Assembly (NCBI GenBank): GCA_035603075.1
Contig: DATNLC010000032.1
Coordinates: 27,462 to 91,461, forward strand
Length of the DNA stretch: 64,000 nucleotides
Direction: 5' to 3'
From: Candidatus Acidiferrales bacterium
GTDB taxonomy: Bacteria > Acidobacteriota > Terriglobia > Acidiferrales > UBA7541
Under the pieces are notes generated by a model, which ran no database searches, was not told the DNA's origin, and saw only the letters and a program-made list of their open reading frames with translations. Each line of letters opens with the position of its first letter. The first letter of the stretch is position 1. Shown in pieces: positions 19,449-28,766 of the stretch. Position numbers and translations under genes: made by a program.

Positions 19449-19535
19449 CTTCGCTCCTTGATAGCGAGGGTGTGGGGCGGTTGGCTGTTTACAGCAGTCA
19501 GTCGCCCAGTTGATGTTAGCACGGGAGTGCATCTA
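18952..19535 (-). mobile_element. AT-richer insertion carrying the free-standing HNH endonuclease gene
   Basis: Hand counts of two 60-nt lines inside give 47 and 50% GC, against 62% in a line of the flanking spike gene. The gene sits between two spike/fibre genes on the opposite strand. Confidence 0.5.
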
Positions 19536-20324
19536 GTGACGCGTTATTTATTTGTGTTAATAGCGCTTTGTACTTGTGCTTGGACGCAAACATCCACGTT
19601 CAATAATTTGGATGATTCATTATCTAACTGGCAAAACCCACCATGCTACGGTACATCCTGCGCGGGCGGCACAGGTACCGCTACTGCCTATTTTCAAACC
19701 ATTAACCACTCTGTCCCCTCCATTGATGGGGAATCTATGGAGATCGGCTTCACCGGACCCACCCTCACTGACGGCGAGACCACTAATGTGCTATGGCCAC
19801 GTAAGGTAGGCGCGAACAATTCCGCTACGTGGTTCGTCGGCACATGGGCGTTCTACCTCCCATCCACATCCAATATCACTGCACTGGAAGTCGATCAATT
19901 CCAGTTCAACTCCGGCCAGCGATTCATGTTCGGCACCGAGTGCGATCTCGGAGCGTTTCTCCGGATATGGAATCAATTAACTACAAGCTGGGTCGCTACC
20001 ACGGTCGCCTGCCCGGTATTCACTACCAACACCTGGCACACGGGACAATTTGTCACCCACCGCGTACCGGGGGATACGTCCTGCGCCAGCGGCAATCCGT
20101 GCATGCACTTTGACACTTTTACGATGGACGGCGTGGTGCATAATCTCAATCTTACTGAACCGTCGGCACCGTCATCCGACCCCGACAACACTGGGTTTCA
20201 ATTCCAGATTGACATGAATGCATCCGGTGGGAATGTGCTCGAATATCTCGATCTGGTAGACTTCTCGGAGGGAACGGGAGCGCCTGCCACTGGTGGAGTG
20301 AGCGCGATAACGGTGGGACCATAG
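19536..20324 (+). CDS. exported-looking jelly-roll/lectin-like protein (candidate carbohydrate-binding)
   Basis: GTG 19536 follows GGGAG. The N-terminus is (M)TRYLFVLIALCTCAWTQTS. The body (ATWFVGTWAFYLP...EVDQFQFNSGQRFMFGTECD) is beta-rich. The upstream part of track ORF 18852-20324 is antisense to the HNH gene and was rejected. Confidence 0.5.
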   Translation: MTRYLFVLIALCTCAWTQTSTFNNLDDSLSNWQNPPCYGTSCAGGTGTATAYFQTINHSVPSIDGESMEIGFTGPTLTDGETTNVLWPRKVGANNSATWFVGTWAFYLPSTSNITALEVDQFQFNSGQRFMFGTECDLGAFLRIWNQLTTSWVATTVACPVFTTNTWHTGQFVTHRVPGDTSCASGNPCMHFDTFTMDGVVHNLNLTEPSAPSSDPDNTGFQFQIDMNASGGNVLEYLDLVDFSEGTGAPATGGVSAITVGP

Positions 20325-20333
20325 GAGTGCATA

Positions 20334-20519
20334 GTGAAAGAACACCGTAGGATGCGCGCCAAGTCGAATATTGTTCCTCCTGACGAATTTGCCTCGACGG
20401 TAGTCCGGACAATCAACGAGTCAGCGGTCGGCCTTCGCGGTCGCAAACGCCGGGAATTCATAGGGTGGGCGCGAAAGTGGTGGATCGACCAATTGCGTAA
20501 AAAATCTAAGGAGACCTAG
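20334..20519 (+). CDS. small basic hypothetical protein
   Basis: 61 aa. GTG lies 6 nt after AGGAG. Confidence 0.4.
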   Translation: MKEHRRMRAKSNIVPPDEFASTVVRTINESAVGLRGRKRREFIGWARKWWIDQLRKKSKET

Positions 20520-20520
20520 T

Positions 20521-20700
20521 ATGCCGATGCTCACGTTGCACAACGATCTCAATCAATCCGGCGAAGTGTATGTCGATTCCACCGCGATCACGTCGGTCAC
20601 TCCATTTGGCTCCGGTGCCGCGATTGGGCTGAGGGATGCGCCGACAGTCACGGTAGCCGAATCGCCGTCAATGGTCGCTGCGAAGATGCGGGGAGAGTAG
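20521..20700 (+). CDS. small hypothetical protein (59 aa)
   Basis: AAGGAG at 20508-20513 lies 7 nt before ATG 20521; TAG 20698-20700. Confidence 0.4.
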   Translation: MPMLTLHNDLNQSGEVYVDSTAITSVTPFGSGAAIGLRDAPTVTVAESPSMVAAKMRGE

Positions 20701-20981
20701 TGGGCGCAAAAATCCATGATATGGGAAACGGCGATCGAGGCCAGCGCCTTTACGCCTTCCACTGCCCCGGCTGCGGCTACGGTCACAACTTTGAAGTCCC
20801 CCGCTGGACGTGGAACAGTTCACACGATAAACCGACATTTACGCCATCCCTGTTGTGTAACAAGGATTTTCCTGAGTCACGTTGTCATTCAAATGTGACT
20901 GATGGGAAGATACAATTCTACGGCGATTGCCATCATTCTTTACGGGGACAACTGGTCGATATTCCGGATTGGGACGACTGA
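20700..20981 (+). CDS. Cys/His-rich zinc-binding-like protein
   Basis: 93 aa. Contains HCPGCGYGH...CHSNVTDGKIQFYGDCHHSLRGQ. The GTG start overlaps the previous stop. Confidence 0.45.
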   Translation: MGAKIHDMGNGDRGQRLYAFHCPGCGYGHNFEVPRWTWNSSHDKPTFTPSLLCNKDFPESRCHSNVTDGKIQFYGDCHHSLRGQLVDIPDWDD

Positions 20982-22033
20982 TGTCCATCCCGATTCCCAA
21001 CCCGATCTACCTTCAAGCTCTCGACGGCTCGACATGGGTACCCGCCGTCGATAATACCGGGCGCGCCGATACTACCTCTCTCACCCCTCCTCCCGGCCAG
21101 TCCACAATTCCGTGGTACGAGTTGAACGATGTCTCGAACGGACTCACATATCGGCTGGTCGTGCAACCGTGCCCAAGTGTGCCCACTGGACCGAGCGGTG
21201 AGCTGCATATCGACGAGACGGTCTCCAATCCCAGTGCGCCCAATCAACTCCTCGTCTCCGCGCCCAACGGGATCGTTTACTTTCTCAATATCTCGAATGG
21301 ACGATTGCAATCCGGTCTCGCCGTGCCTGCAAACGCTTCCTGCTCCACGCTCATCAGTTCTCTTGCACTCCGCGTCCTCGACCGTCTTGAAGAAAGCGAG
21401 ACCGCCCCGATTTTCTGGAATCTCCCTCTCGAAGTCCTGACCGCTATCGTCGAGGCCATGAACGACCTGACCCTCCTCGTTGGCCGTCCCGTGATCGGCG
21501 TGCAACTCCCGTTCAATCTCAACCCGAACTCCGTCTGGCAGTATTTCCCGAAAGGAATCCTGTGCTTCACCGACATCTACGGCCCCTCGTCCCCGCTCCG
21601 CAAGCAAACTCTATTCGATTACGATTACATCCAGTTCAATTCCGGCTCCGACTGGGAGAACGACACTTCCACGTCCGGTCCCTCAACCTGGGCTCCCTTG
21701 GGGACGACTATGTTTATTGTTCACCCGGCGTCGAGTGCGCCGCAACAGGTAACGGTCAATGCCATCCTATATCCGGCTCCGACGCCTTGGCCGTATAGCG
21801 CGAGCCTGACCGTCCCGTTTCATGATGAATTCTTCGCGGCGCTGGAGTCCTACGCCGCACATATTCTGAGATTCAAGGAAAGCGGAGTGGATTTCAGCGC
21901 GTCGATGGCATTGTACGGGGACTATCTCACGCAAGCCGAGAGGATGAGCCAGATCGAAACCCGAAAGGACTCGCTATTATTTTCGCGTTCATTTGGTGTA
22001 CCATTTGGAACAAATCCGATTCAGAAAAGGTAA
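20981..22033 (+). CDS. virion structural protein, paralogue family member 2
   Basis: ATG 20981 overlaps the previous TGA (TGATG). 350 aa. The C-terminal pattern is LESYAAHILRFKESGVDFSASMALYGDY. Confidence 0.5.
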   Translation: MSIPIPNPIYLQALDGSTWVPAVDNTGRADTTSLTPPPGQSTIPWYELNDVSNGLTYRLVVQPCPSVPTGPSGELHIDETVSNPSAPNQLLVSAPNGIVYFLNISNGRLQSGLAVPANASCSTLISSLALRVLDRLEESETAPIFWNLPLEVLTAIVEAMNDLTLLVGRPVIGVQLPFNLNPNSVWQYFPKGILCFTDIYGPSSPLRKQTLFDYDYIQFNSGSDWENDTSTSGPSTWAPLGTTMFIVHPASSAPQQVTVNAILYPAPTPWPYSASLTVPFHDEFFAALESYAAHILRFKESGVDFSASMALYGDYLTQAERMSQIETRKDSLLFSRSFGVPFGTNPIQKR

Positions 22034-22038
22034 TCACG

Positions 22039-22359
22039 ATGGGACAGCCGATCAACAGCAACTCTATCGACCTCAAAAAGTATAAATCCTCCACCATCCG
22101 ACCTTGTCCTCATTGCCGTCCCGAGACCGCGATCATCGACCCGCAGGCACCCGCGTGCAAGACCTGCATGGGATTCAACTTCGTCCAAGACTGTCTCAAC
22201 TGCGGTGGCGACGGCATGTATAAGGGATCGGCGGCGGCGTTCGGCGGCGGGGATGTTCTGCACGCTTCGACGTGTAACCACTGCGGTGGTAAGGGTATGT
22301 ATCCTGCCCGTGGACCCGCAACCGAGGAAATTGTAGCGCCCACGCTCGCCGCCGTGTAA
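22039..22359 (+). CDS. stand-alone DnaJ-type cysteine-rich zinc-finger protein
   Basis: 106 aa with four CxxC units: CPHC, CKTCMG, CLNCGGDG and CNHCGGKG. The last two fit CxxCxGxG exactly. Confidence 0.55.
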   Translation: MGQPINSNSIDLKKYKSSTIRPCPHCRPETAIIDPQAPACKTCMGFNFVQDCLNCGGDGMYKGSAAAFGGGDVLHASTCNHCGGKGMYPARGPATEEIVAPTLAAV

Positions 22360-22371
22360 TACTGTTCGGCA

Positions 22372-23544
22372 ATGGCACAGGTCGGCGTCGGATTCCGCAC
22401 TGTATGGTCCGTGATGCTCGAAATGTCGTTCGAGCTAGTCGAACCGTATATCTATTCGACTACGATTGGTGCCGTCGCCGCGCCCGGTGTCGCGACTATC
22501 ACAGTCAATTCCCTCGGCGTACCCGTCCCGGCCTGCTATCCCGGCGCGCAACTCATTATCGATAGCGGGCTGTCGGAGGAGATCATATCCGTCATATCCT
22601 CCAACTCCAACGTCACCCCACCCACCATCACTGCAATATTTGCGCTCCCGCACGCGGCCAACGTCCCGTTGATCGGTGCCACGTTTCCAACACAAGCGGT
22701 ATCGGGAGATTACTTTTTCTCGCAAGGTGAAATCCTCGGCTATCTGGCGCGCGCGCAGAACGTCATGTTGTCGGATGTCCCTATTGTGTTCGCGCTCAAC
22801 TACCAGACCGTGCAGTACGGCCAGACGCTCCAGCCGTTTCCATGCGATGTGGTCGAATGCCACAGGATCGCATCATCGTATGCGAACGTGGCGCTGTTGT
22901 CGCTCTCCCGGCTCAACAACGTGGTCACTGCGGTCTCGCTGTCCCCGCATGGACTCTCGGTCAACGAGAAATTCGCAGTCCTGTCTGCGCCCGATCCCAA
23001 CTTTGATGGGGCGTTTCGAGTGAGCACGGTGGTGTCTCCGACATCATGGTCATACCCGCAGATCGGGCCGAACGAGTCGATCTCCGGTGGCGGTTATGCA
23101 GGGCTGTGGCTGAGACTGCTGGAGGTATCGCAGGAACAGTTAGCAATGCAGAACCCGCAGTTCGCGCAGACGTTCATCACCAGTTTGCGATCATGGTATG
23201 AAGACCGTAGCGGCATCTACCAGTACGGACTCGGTGGCCGTCCCGCATCCAACTTTCCAGTCGAAGTGTTGTGCTCAGTGCGCGACAGTGACAGCCTCGC
23301 CATGACGGACGGCTTTCTGGTGCCAGATGTAATGCTCCACGCCGTCCGCTGGCTGGCGTTGCATTACTGCCTCGCAAAGGACGGTGAGCAGCGCGACCCA
23401 GCCCGCGCTCAGTATTGCAAGATGCGTTACGATAAGATTGTCATGGCAGTGCGGCGATGGTCTGGTTGGGTCGGCGGTCTCGGTGGGCGAGCAGAGCAGC
23501 AGATGGCGATGGCGGGAGCAGGCGCAGGCAAAGGTAGACGCTGA
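22372..23544 (+). CDS. virion structural protein, paralogue family member 3 (adaptor / tail tubular A candidate)
   Basis: 390 aa, immediately upstream of the 1143-aa protein with overlapping stop/start (TGATG). The C-terminal pattern is VRWLALHYCLAKDGEQRDPARAQYCKMRY. Confidence 0.45.
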   Translation: MAQVGVGFRTVWSVMLEMSFELVEPYIYSTTIGAVAAPGVATITVNSLGVPVPACYPGAQLIIDSGLSEEIISVISSNSNVTPPTITAIFALPHAANVPLIGATFPTQAVSGDYFFSQGEILGYLARAQNVMLSDVPIVFALNYQTVQYGQTLQPFPCDVVECHRIASSYANVALLSLSRLNNVVTAVSLSPHGLSVNEKFAVLSAPDPNFDGAFRVSTVVSPTSWSYPQIGPNESISGGGYAGLWLRLLEVSQEQLAMQNPQFAQTFITSLRSWYEDRSGIYQYGLGGRPASNFPVEVLCSVRDSDSLAMTDGFLVPDVMLHAVRWLALHYCLAKDGEQRDPARAQYCKMRYDKIVMAVRRWSGWVGGLGGRAEQQMAMAGAGAGKGRR

Positions 23545-26500
23545 TGGCTCAGGACACCAAGTACACATCGAAAAGTCTGATTCTACGCAGCAAGGGTCTC
23601 GTTGCTCGTAACGTCCCCGACCAACCCCCAGACATAAGTTACTTCCTGAATATGGATGGTGCCCAAGAACGAGAGGAAAACGCGATCAGTACGAGGTGGG
23701 GCCAGACCATCATCAACCGTTCGCCCGATGGCACTTCCGGGGGCACCAACTATTTCCTCCCCGCCGTTCCCGTCATCCTCTCCCGGCTCCGCTCTCTCAA
23801 TGGCCAGACATACCGCTACGCTGCGCTCGCCGACGGCTCTCTATGGCGTCGGGCAGCCGACACGCAAGGCCCGTACACTCAAATCGCGACTGGACTCTCG
23901 GGTCAAAAGTTTACTGCGCTCACGCAGACATGTTTTGAGACGGCACAACCGTACCTGTTCTGCTATGACCCCCTCAATCCCATCAAGGATTCAGGCACTG
24001 GCACTCCATCCCGTATTGGCATCGTCCCCCCCGTCGTCCCCATCACGGCCCAGCAGTACGCACCGCAGATTGTATTGATAGACAGTTTCCAGTCCACATC
24101 TGGGTATGGCGTCTCCGGCTCCCTCTCCACCGCTGCGACTGTCGCTGGCACCGCTGGCACCCCGCAACTTTCCGGCAACTATGACCAGTACACGGACGCC
24201 ACTCTGTCTTACGCCGCCGCGCCCGACGGGATGATTGGACTGTCCTCCACTCTTGCTGACTCCGCTCTGCGTCTCAAGTTCAACACCAACCGCGCCAACA
24301 ACACTTACGATATTGTTGCCCTCAACAACGCCTACTCTCCCACCGACTCATTCGTATTCAAACAAGTCCTGTTCTCGTTCCCGGCATCCGCAACCACCAA
24401 CATCGGTAAATCGGTATCCCTCAATTTCGGCAACTACCAGTCCGCGGACCTGATCGTGCTGGTGATGAAGGTCTCGGACCCGTCCGCAGTACAGTCGATC
24501 TCGGTGCAGTTCGATGTGAATGCCAGCGGATACGGTGCCACGTATTACACCAAATCCATCATTCCAGTTTCCTACCAGGGCGGGCTCTCCGATCCCCTCG
24601 CCAATGACCCGGCATCGCAAATGGTCAACGAGGTGTTTCAGTTGGCCACGGGAATCGTCAATATCCAGCAACTTGGACAAGCCTCCAACCTCCCCGGCAA
24701 TGACCCGAATCTTCCCATCGTACAGCCATCGCAAATGGCGAGTGGTGGGCCGGGCGATACTGGCGCATGGTCGGTGATCTATATGCAGTTGGGGGATTTC
24801 CTCCCCGTCGGCAACGCCGGCACTCCGGGATGTGATTGGAGCGCTGTGACGGGCTGGCAGGTGCAGGTGACCACAACCTCGGCGGGGGGCACGGATATCG
24901 CGTTCAACGGACTGTACATTCAGGGGTCGCCGACCGCGAATGGTATTGGTACGAACGCGGGCGCGTCTAGTTACGGCGGTATCGGATATGACGCGCGATA
25001 CATTTACTGGAACGCGAACACGGGTACGCCGTCCAACCCGTGCTGGGAGGCGATGTTCTCGATCACTCCCTCCAATCCTGGTGGCTCATCCACGCTCGTC
25101 GTCCTGCGTCAAGCCATCAACATGCAGGGGCAATACTCCGCCGATCCGCAAGTCACCCACGTCCGCATGTACATCCGTGGCGGGCTCTATGGCCAGAACT
25201 GGTACTATGCGGACCAGTTTCCCAACATTACCGGGAATGGGACATTCAACTACAAATACATCCTCCCCGATTCCGCGCTCTCGCAGGGCAATATTCTCAA
25301 CCTGCAAGCCGATGTGCCTGTCACTTCCAATCTCCAGACCCCGATCAACACTACGCTGTCCGCTCCGCTCGCACCACTCCCCGCTGGGACTAACACTCCC
25401 ACTTTGGTCACAGTCACAGTGGCAGGCACACCAGTATTTGTACGGAATCAGATTGTAGTCATCGGTACCCCGCAGAATTTGGAGCAGGCGTTTGTGGTCG
25501 CAGGTGGGACCGGGACGTTCACGTGTTATATATTTTTGCCACATGCCGCTGGCGAACCAGTCCAGGCGTATTCGCAGCCCGCAGTGTCGTGTAATCTAGC
25601 GGCCCAAGGGTATAACCAAACGTGGCTGGCGGGTGATCCGAACAACCCGCATTTCCTGTATTACACTCCGGTTGGATATCCGGAAAATTGCCCTCCACAG
25701 AACTACATCCCCGCGCCGGGCGGGCCGGGAGATCCAATCTCGGCGGTGATCAATTTCCGTGGCACGGTGTTCGTGCGGACATACTCGACGTGGTACCAAG
25801 TGTTTCCCGGATCGCCGCCGTACATGCAGAGCACTGGCAGCAAGCACGGGTCGCCCGCGAGTTTCGACTGGTCGATCACGGAGAGCGCTATCTGGTTTGT
25901 CGGATGGGATGGAATCCGTACATTCCGTGGCAGCGATGGCGACTACATGTCGCTGATTATCGAGTGGCTATTCCGGGATATTGGCCTGCCTCAAACTCCC
26001 GTGCCCGATGTGAATCTCAATCTCCTGTCCAACGTCGTGTCCGCGTTCAAGAACAACACCGTTACCTTCATTTACACAGATATCAACGGGATACAACGCC
26101 GTTTGCGCTACAGCACGAGCTACAAACGGTGGCGGAATGATTCAGTTCCCGCGACCGCGATATTCACCGAGATCGACACCAATAAACTTTTGTATTCGAT
26201 TCCGATCACGGCAGGCAATCAATTCGGCTGGGCGATTGTGTATGAGGACATCACCAAAGATTACGACGACGGTGGGTGGTTGAACGGTGTGTTGGTCCAG
26301 ACCCCGATCAACATTACGCTGGAGACGCCTTACTTAGACCTTGGCACCCCGAATAACCAGAAGGTGTGGCAGAACCCAACCGTAGACGCCAATCCCAACG
26401 GTCAGACCCTTGCCGTCATAATGTTGTTTGACGACAACAACGGAGCGGTCGCGCCTATTACGCTGGGAAACATAACGGGCACCGTCAGGGATAAATTCCA

Positions 26501-26975
26501 GTTCGACATCAACGATGGAGAGGGGATCGAGGCGTACCGGGCGAGTATCGTGATCACCGGTAGCGTGACCGCCGCACCGATCATCTATCAGGCGGATATC
26601 GAAACCGCAGTGCTGCCGGAACAACGTGCAGTGCTGGACAGTTACTGGCATAAGTTTGGGACGGACGAATCTAAACTCATCAAGCAGGGGTACTTCGATT
26701 ACACAGCGTCTCTGCCTGTCGATGTCAATCTCTACGCGGACGGCAGCCCGATCCCGTACTATTCTTTTACTCTTCCCGCCAACCCCACCCGGAGCGAAGT
26801 GCCCGTCCGTGTACGATTTCCCGCTTTGAAACCGCGTCTGTTCCGGTGCATAATGACGAGTACCAGTCCAAATCCGGCGGAGAACGACTTGCAGGTGTGG
26901 AGCGCGATCCAAATCGATCAAAAGCCTATCTGCATCGGCAAGGGCTACACGAGATCGGAGTTGTCGTCGTCGTAA
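23544..26975 (+). CDS. large tail protein (nozzle / tail tubular B-like candidate)
   Basis: 1143 aa. It sits after an adaptor-like gene and before the fibre and ejection genes. The N-terminus (SLILRSKGLVARNVPDQPPDISYFLNMDG...RWG) recalls podovirus nozzle N-termini. Confidence 0.4.
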   Translation: MAQDTKYTSKSLILRSKGLVARNVPDQPPDISYFLNMDGAQEREENAISTRWGQTIINRSPDGTSGGTNYFLPAVPVILSRLRSLNGQTYRYAALADGSLWRRAADTQGPYTQIATGLSGQKFTALTQTCFETAQPYLFCYDPLNPIKDSGTGTPSRIGIVPPVVPITAQQYAPQIVLIDSFQSTSGYGVSGSLSTAATVAGTAGTPQLSGNYDQYTDATLSYAAAPDGMIGLSSTLADSALRLKFNTNRANNTYDIVALNNAYSPTDSFVFKQVLFSFPASATTNIGKSVSLNFGNYQSADLIVLVMKVSDPSAVQSISVQFDVNASGYGATYYTKSIIPVSYQGGLSDPLANDPASQMVNEVFQLATGIVNIQQLGQASNLPGNDPNLPIVQPSQMASGGPGDTGAWSVIYMQLGDFLPVGNAGTPGCDWSAVTGWQVQVTTTSAGGTDIAFNGLYIQGSPTANGIGTNAGASSYGGIGYDARYIYWNANTGTPSNPCWEAMFSITPSNPGGSSTLVVLRQAINMQGQYSADPQVTHVRMYIRGGLYGQNWYYADQFPNITGNGTFNYKYILPDSALSQGNILNLQADVPVTSNLQTPINTTLSAPLAPLPAGTNTPTLVTVTVAGTPVFVRNQIVVIGTPQNLEQAFVVAGGTGTFTCYIFLPHAAGEPVQAYSQPAVSCNLAAQGYNQTWLAGDPNNPHFLYYTPVGYPENCPPQNYIPAPGGPGDPISAVINFRGTVFVRTYSTWYQVFPGSPPYMQSTGSKHGSPASFDWSITESAIWFVGWDGIRTFRGSDGDYMSLIIEWLFRDIGLPQTPVPDVNLNLLSNVVSAFKNNTVTFIYTDINGIQRRLRYSTSYKRWRNDSVPATAIFTEIDTNKLLYSIPITAGNQFGWAIVYEDITKDYDDGGWLNGVLVQTPINITLETPYLDLGTPNNQKVWQNPTVDANPNGQTLAVIMLFDDNNGAVAPITLGNITGTVRDKFQFDINDGEGIEAYRASIVITGSVTAAPIIYQADIETAVLPEQRAVLDSYWHKFGTDESKLIKQGYFDYTASLPVDVNLYADGSPIPYYSFTLPANPTRSEVPVRVRFPALKPRLFRCIMTSTSPNPAENDLQVWSAIQIDQKPICIGKGYTRSELSSS

Positions 26976-26982
26976 CTATGCT

Positions 26983-27405
26983 ATGACTGCCGCCGCCACA
27001 GCCACTGCGCCGTTGATTGAATCCCGCACTCCATCCACTTCCATTCCCACTCCCACTCCCACTCCTCAATTGTGCTCTGGTACTCTCCGTTGCAAACTCA
27101 AGCGCTCCCGGAAACAGTTAGCCGACCTGACACCTGAAACTCGCGCCAAAGCCCTGATCCCAAAAGTACGACCATGCAAGGCGATGGCAGTGTATCGCGT
27201 GGGCCGCGCGCTGTACTGCGATTTTTGCTTCAACAAATATATAGAGACGCATTGGAACGACATTGGCAGGGTAGAGCGACTGAGCGACGACGAGGAGGAT
27301 TTTGTATGCGCGGGTAGAGGGGGGAAGAAAGCGAGGCGGAAGGTGGATAGGGATAGCGAGCCGATATGCCAAGTTCCCAAACCGCATGCACGCCGGGGAC
27401 GGTAA
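26983..27405 (+). CDS. hypothetical basic Cys-containing protein
   Basis: 140 aa. Has a Thr/Pro-rich N-terminus, a CDFCFNKY motif and a basic C-terminus. Confidence 0.4.
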   Translation: MTAAATATAPLIESRTPSTSIPTPTPTPQLCSGTLRCKLKRSRKQLADLTPETRAKALIPKVRPCKAMAVYRVGRALYCDFCFNKYIETHWNDIGRVERLSDDEEDFVCAGRGGKKARRKVDRDSEPICQVPKPHARRGR

Positions 27406-27411
27406 CCTCTC

Positions 27412-28401
27412 ATGCCTACCCAGCAGCCCATCCCCACCTCCCCACTCCAGCACATCACTCTCACTCCCGATGACCTCGCCGATCCCGACCAATTCATCGG
27501 CCTTCTCAATTCCATCCATCTCAACCAGAACCAAATGATCAACTCCATCCTCGGGCACGCCGGCGCACCTCCAGTCCTAAAAGCCGGGGCCAACTTCGGC
27601 GGCAACCCAGTCTCAAACGTCGGTGATCCCGTGGCTGACGGCGATGTCATCACCAAAGCGTTCGCCAACAATAACTATGGCGCATCGGTGGTCGCGCAGG
27701 CGATCCAAGCCCTCGGATCATCGGCCCCCGTGATGCAGTCTTACCGCCGCCTCAACGACCGCGTGCAACGGGAGAACTATTCGTCGTTCCTCAACTCGGT
27801 GACGAACACCAGTCCCACGGCGAATACCGCTACCTTGTCCGAGGGTGCAGTCTCGGGTGGCACGATCCCCATCACCGTATCCGCCGGGCTCCACCAATAT
27901 CTCGATGGCAGCACGGTCCCATTCCAATCCCGCACGGATACTCTGACTCTCCCTGCGTCGTTCTCTCTCGCCTCCCTTACCCGATCTGGGAACATCGTGA
28001 CCGCGGTGACCTCCGCCGCCAACACAGTCGCAGTCGATGATGGTGTGGGAATCGGGGGCGCGATCAACTCCGAATGGCAGGGGAATTTCGTTGCGCTCAC
28101 CGTCACCCCGCCCGATACGTTCACGTATTTCCAGCCGGGACCGGATGACTCAACGACAGGCGGGCTGGTGTCGTTGCTGGCAACTTATTACTACATCCGC
28201 ACCACAGGGCAGACGAAACTGGGACTGGTATCGGTTCCCACCGCCGATACGTGGTCGGCGCGCACTGGTGCGTCATTCGACAAGTCCACGATCATCGCTG
28301 TCGTTATTTTGAATTACCAGGGTTACGATTTATTGAATTCTGCCGGGGGTGCGACTCCGCCGTCTACAGGCGCGGCGGTGCCTGTCGTAAGGAGAATGTG
28401 A
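27412..28401 (+). CDS. tail fibre / fibre-adaptor protein
   Basis: 329 aa. Contains GGNPVSNVGDPVADGDVITKAFANNNY, a motif class common near tail-fibre N-termini. Confidence 0.55.
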   Translation: MPTQQPIPTSPLQHITLTPDDLADPDQFIGLLNSIHLNQNQMINSILGHAGAPPVLKAGANFGGNPVSNVGDPVADGDVITKAFANNNYGASVVAQAIQALGSSAPVMQSYRRLNDRVQRENYSSFLNSVTNTSPTANTATLSEGAVSGGTIPITVSAGLHQYLDGSTVPFQSRTDTLTLPASFSLASLTRSGNIVTAVTSAANTVAVDDGVGIGGAINSEWQGNFVALTVTPPDTFTYFQPGPDDSTTGGLVSLLATYYYIRTTGQTKLGLVSVPTADTWSARTGASFDKSTIIAVVILNYQGYDLLNSAGGATPPSTGAAVPVVRRM

Positions 28402-28721
28402 TGGCCGAGACTGTAATAGAGATAAAATCCATGTCACGTAACGGAGTCACCGGGCACATCGAAGTGGATGTGTGTGTGGTTGAGATCGCAGACGACAAGA
28501 CCGAGACACGGGGCGTACCCGAAACGGAAGGGATTGACCCGTTGGCGTTGGCGAAACGCTATCACTATCACAAGGACAAAACGGCAGATGGATCGGTCGA
28601 GGATGCTCAGGTACATATCCAGAGGTGGCTGGCGGAAGTGAAAGAGCGGATGGTACAGCGGCACAAGGCCCGGACTGCCGCCGTGGGGGAGTTGCAATCG
28701 CTGGTAGGGAAACGCCTCTAA
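28401..28721 (+). CDS. hypothetical protein
   Basis: 106 aa. ATG overlaps the previous TGA (TGATG), with AAGGAG upstream. Confidence 0.45.
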   Translation: MAETVIEIKSMSRNGVTGHIEVDVCVVEIADDKTETRGVPETEGIDPLALAKRYHYHKDKTADGSVEDAQVHIQRWLAEVKERMVQRHKARTAAVGELQSLVGKRL

Positions 28722-28730
28722 AAATAGCTC

Positions 28731-28759
28731 TTGAAATTGTCTGACACTTGTATTACATT
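28731..28759 (+). promoter_or_regulatory. sigma70-like promoter for the RHH gene, probably giving a leaderless transcript
   Basis: TTGAAA (28731-28736), a 17-nt spacer, then TACATT (28754-28759). ATG 28767 is 7 nt downstream of the -10 box, and no SD is present. Confidence 0.4.
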
Positions 28760-28766
28760 TCCTCTC

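Noticed and set aside
18852-19535. N-terminal 228 codons of track ORF 18852-20324 (490 aa)
   Set aside because: This part runs antisense to a well-supported HNH gene, overlaps the end of the 1111-aa spike gene, and is a junk-like Cys/Phe/Ile-rich sequence. An in-frame GTG at 19536 with GGGAG upstream gives a protein starting with the same signal-peptide pattern as its neighbours.
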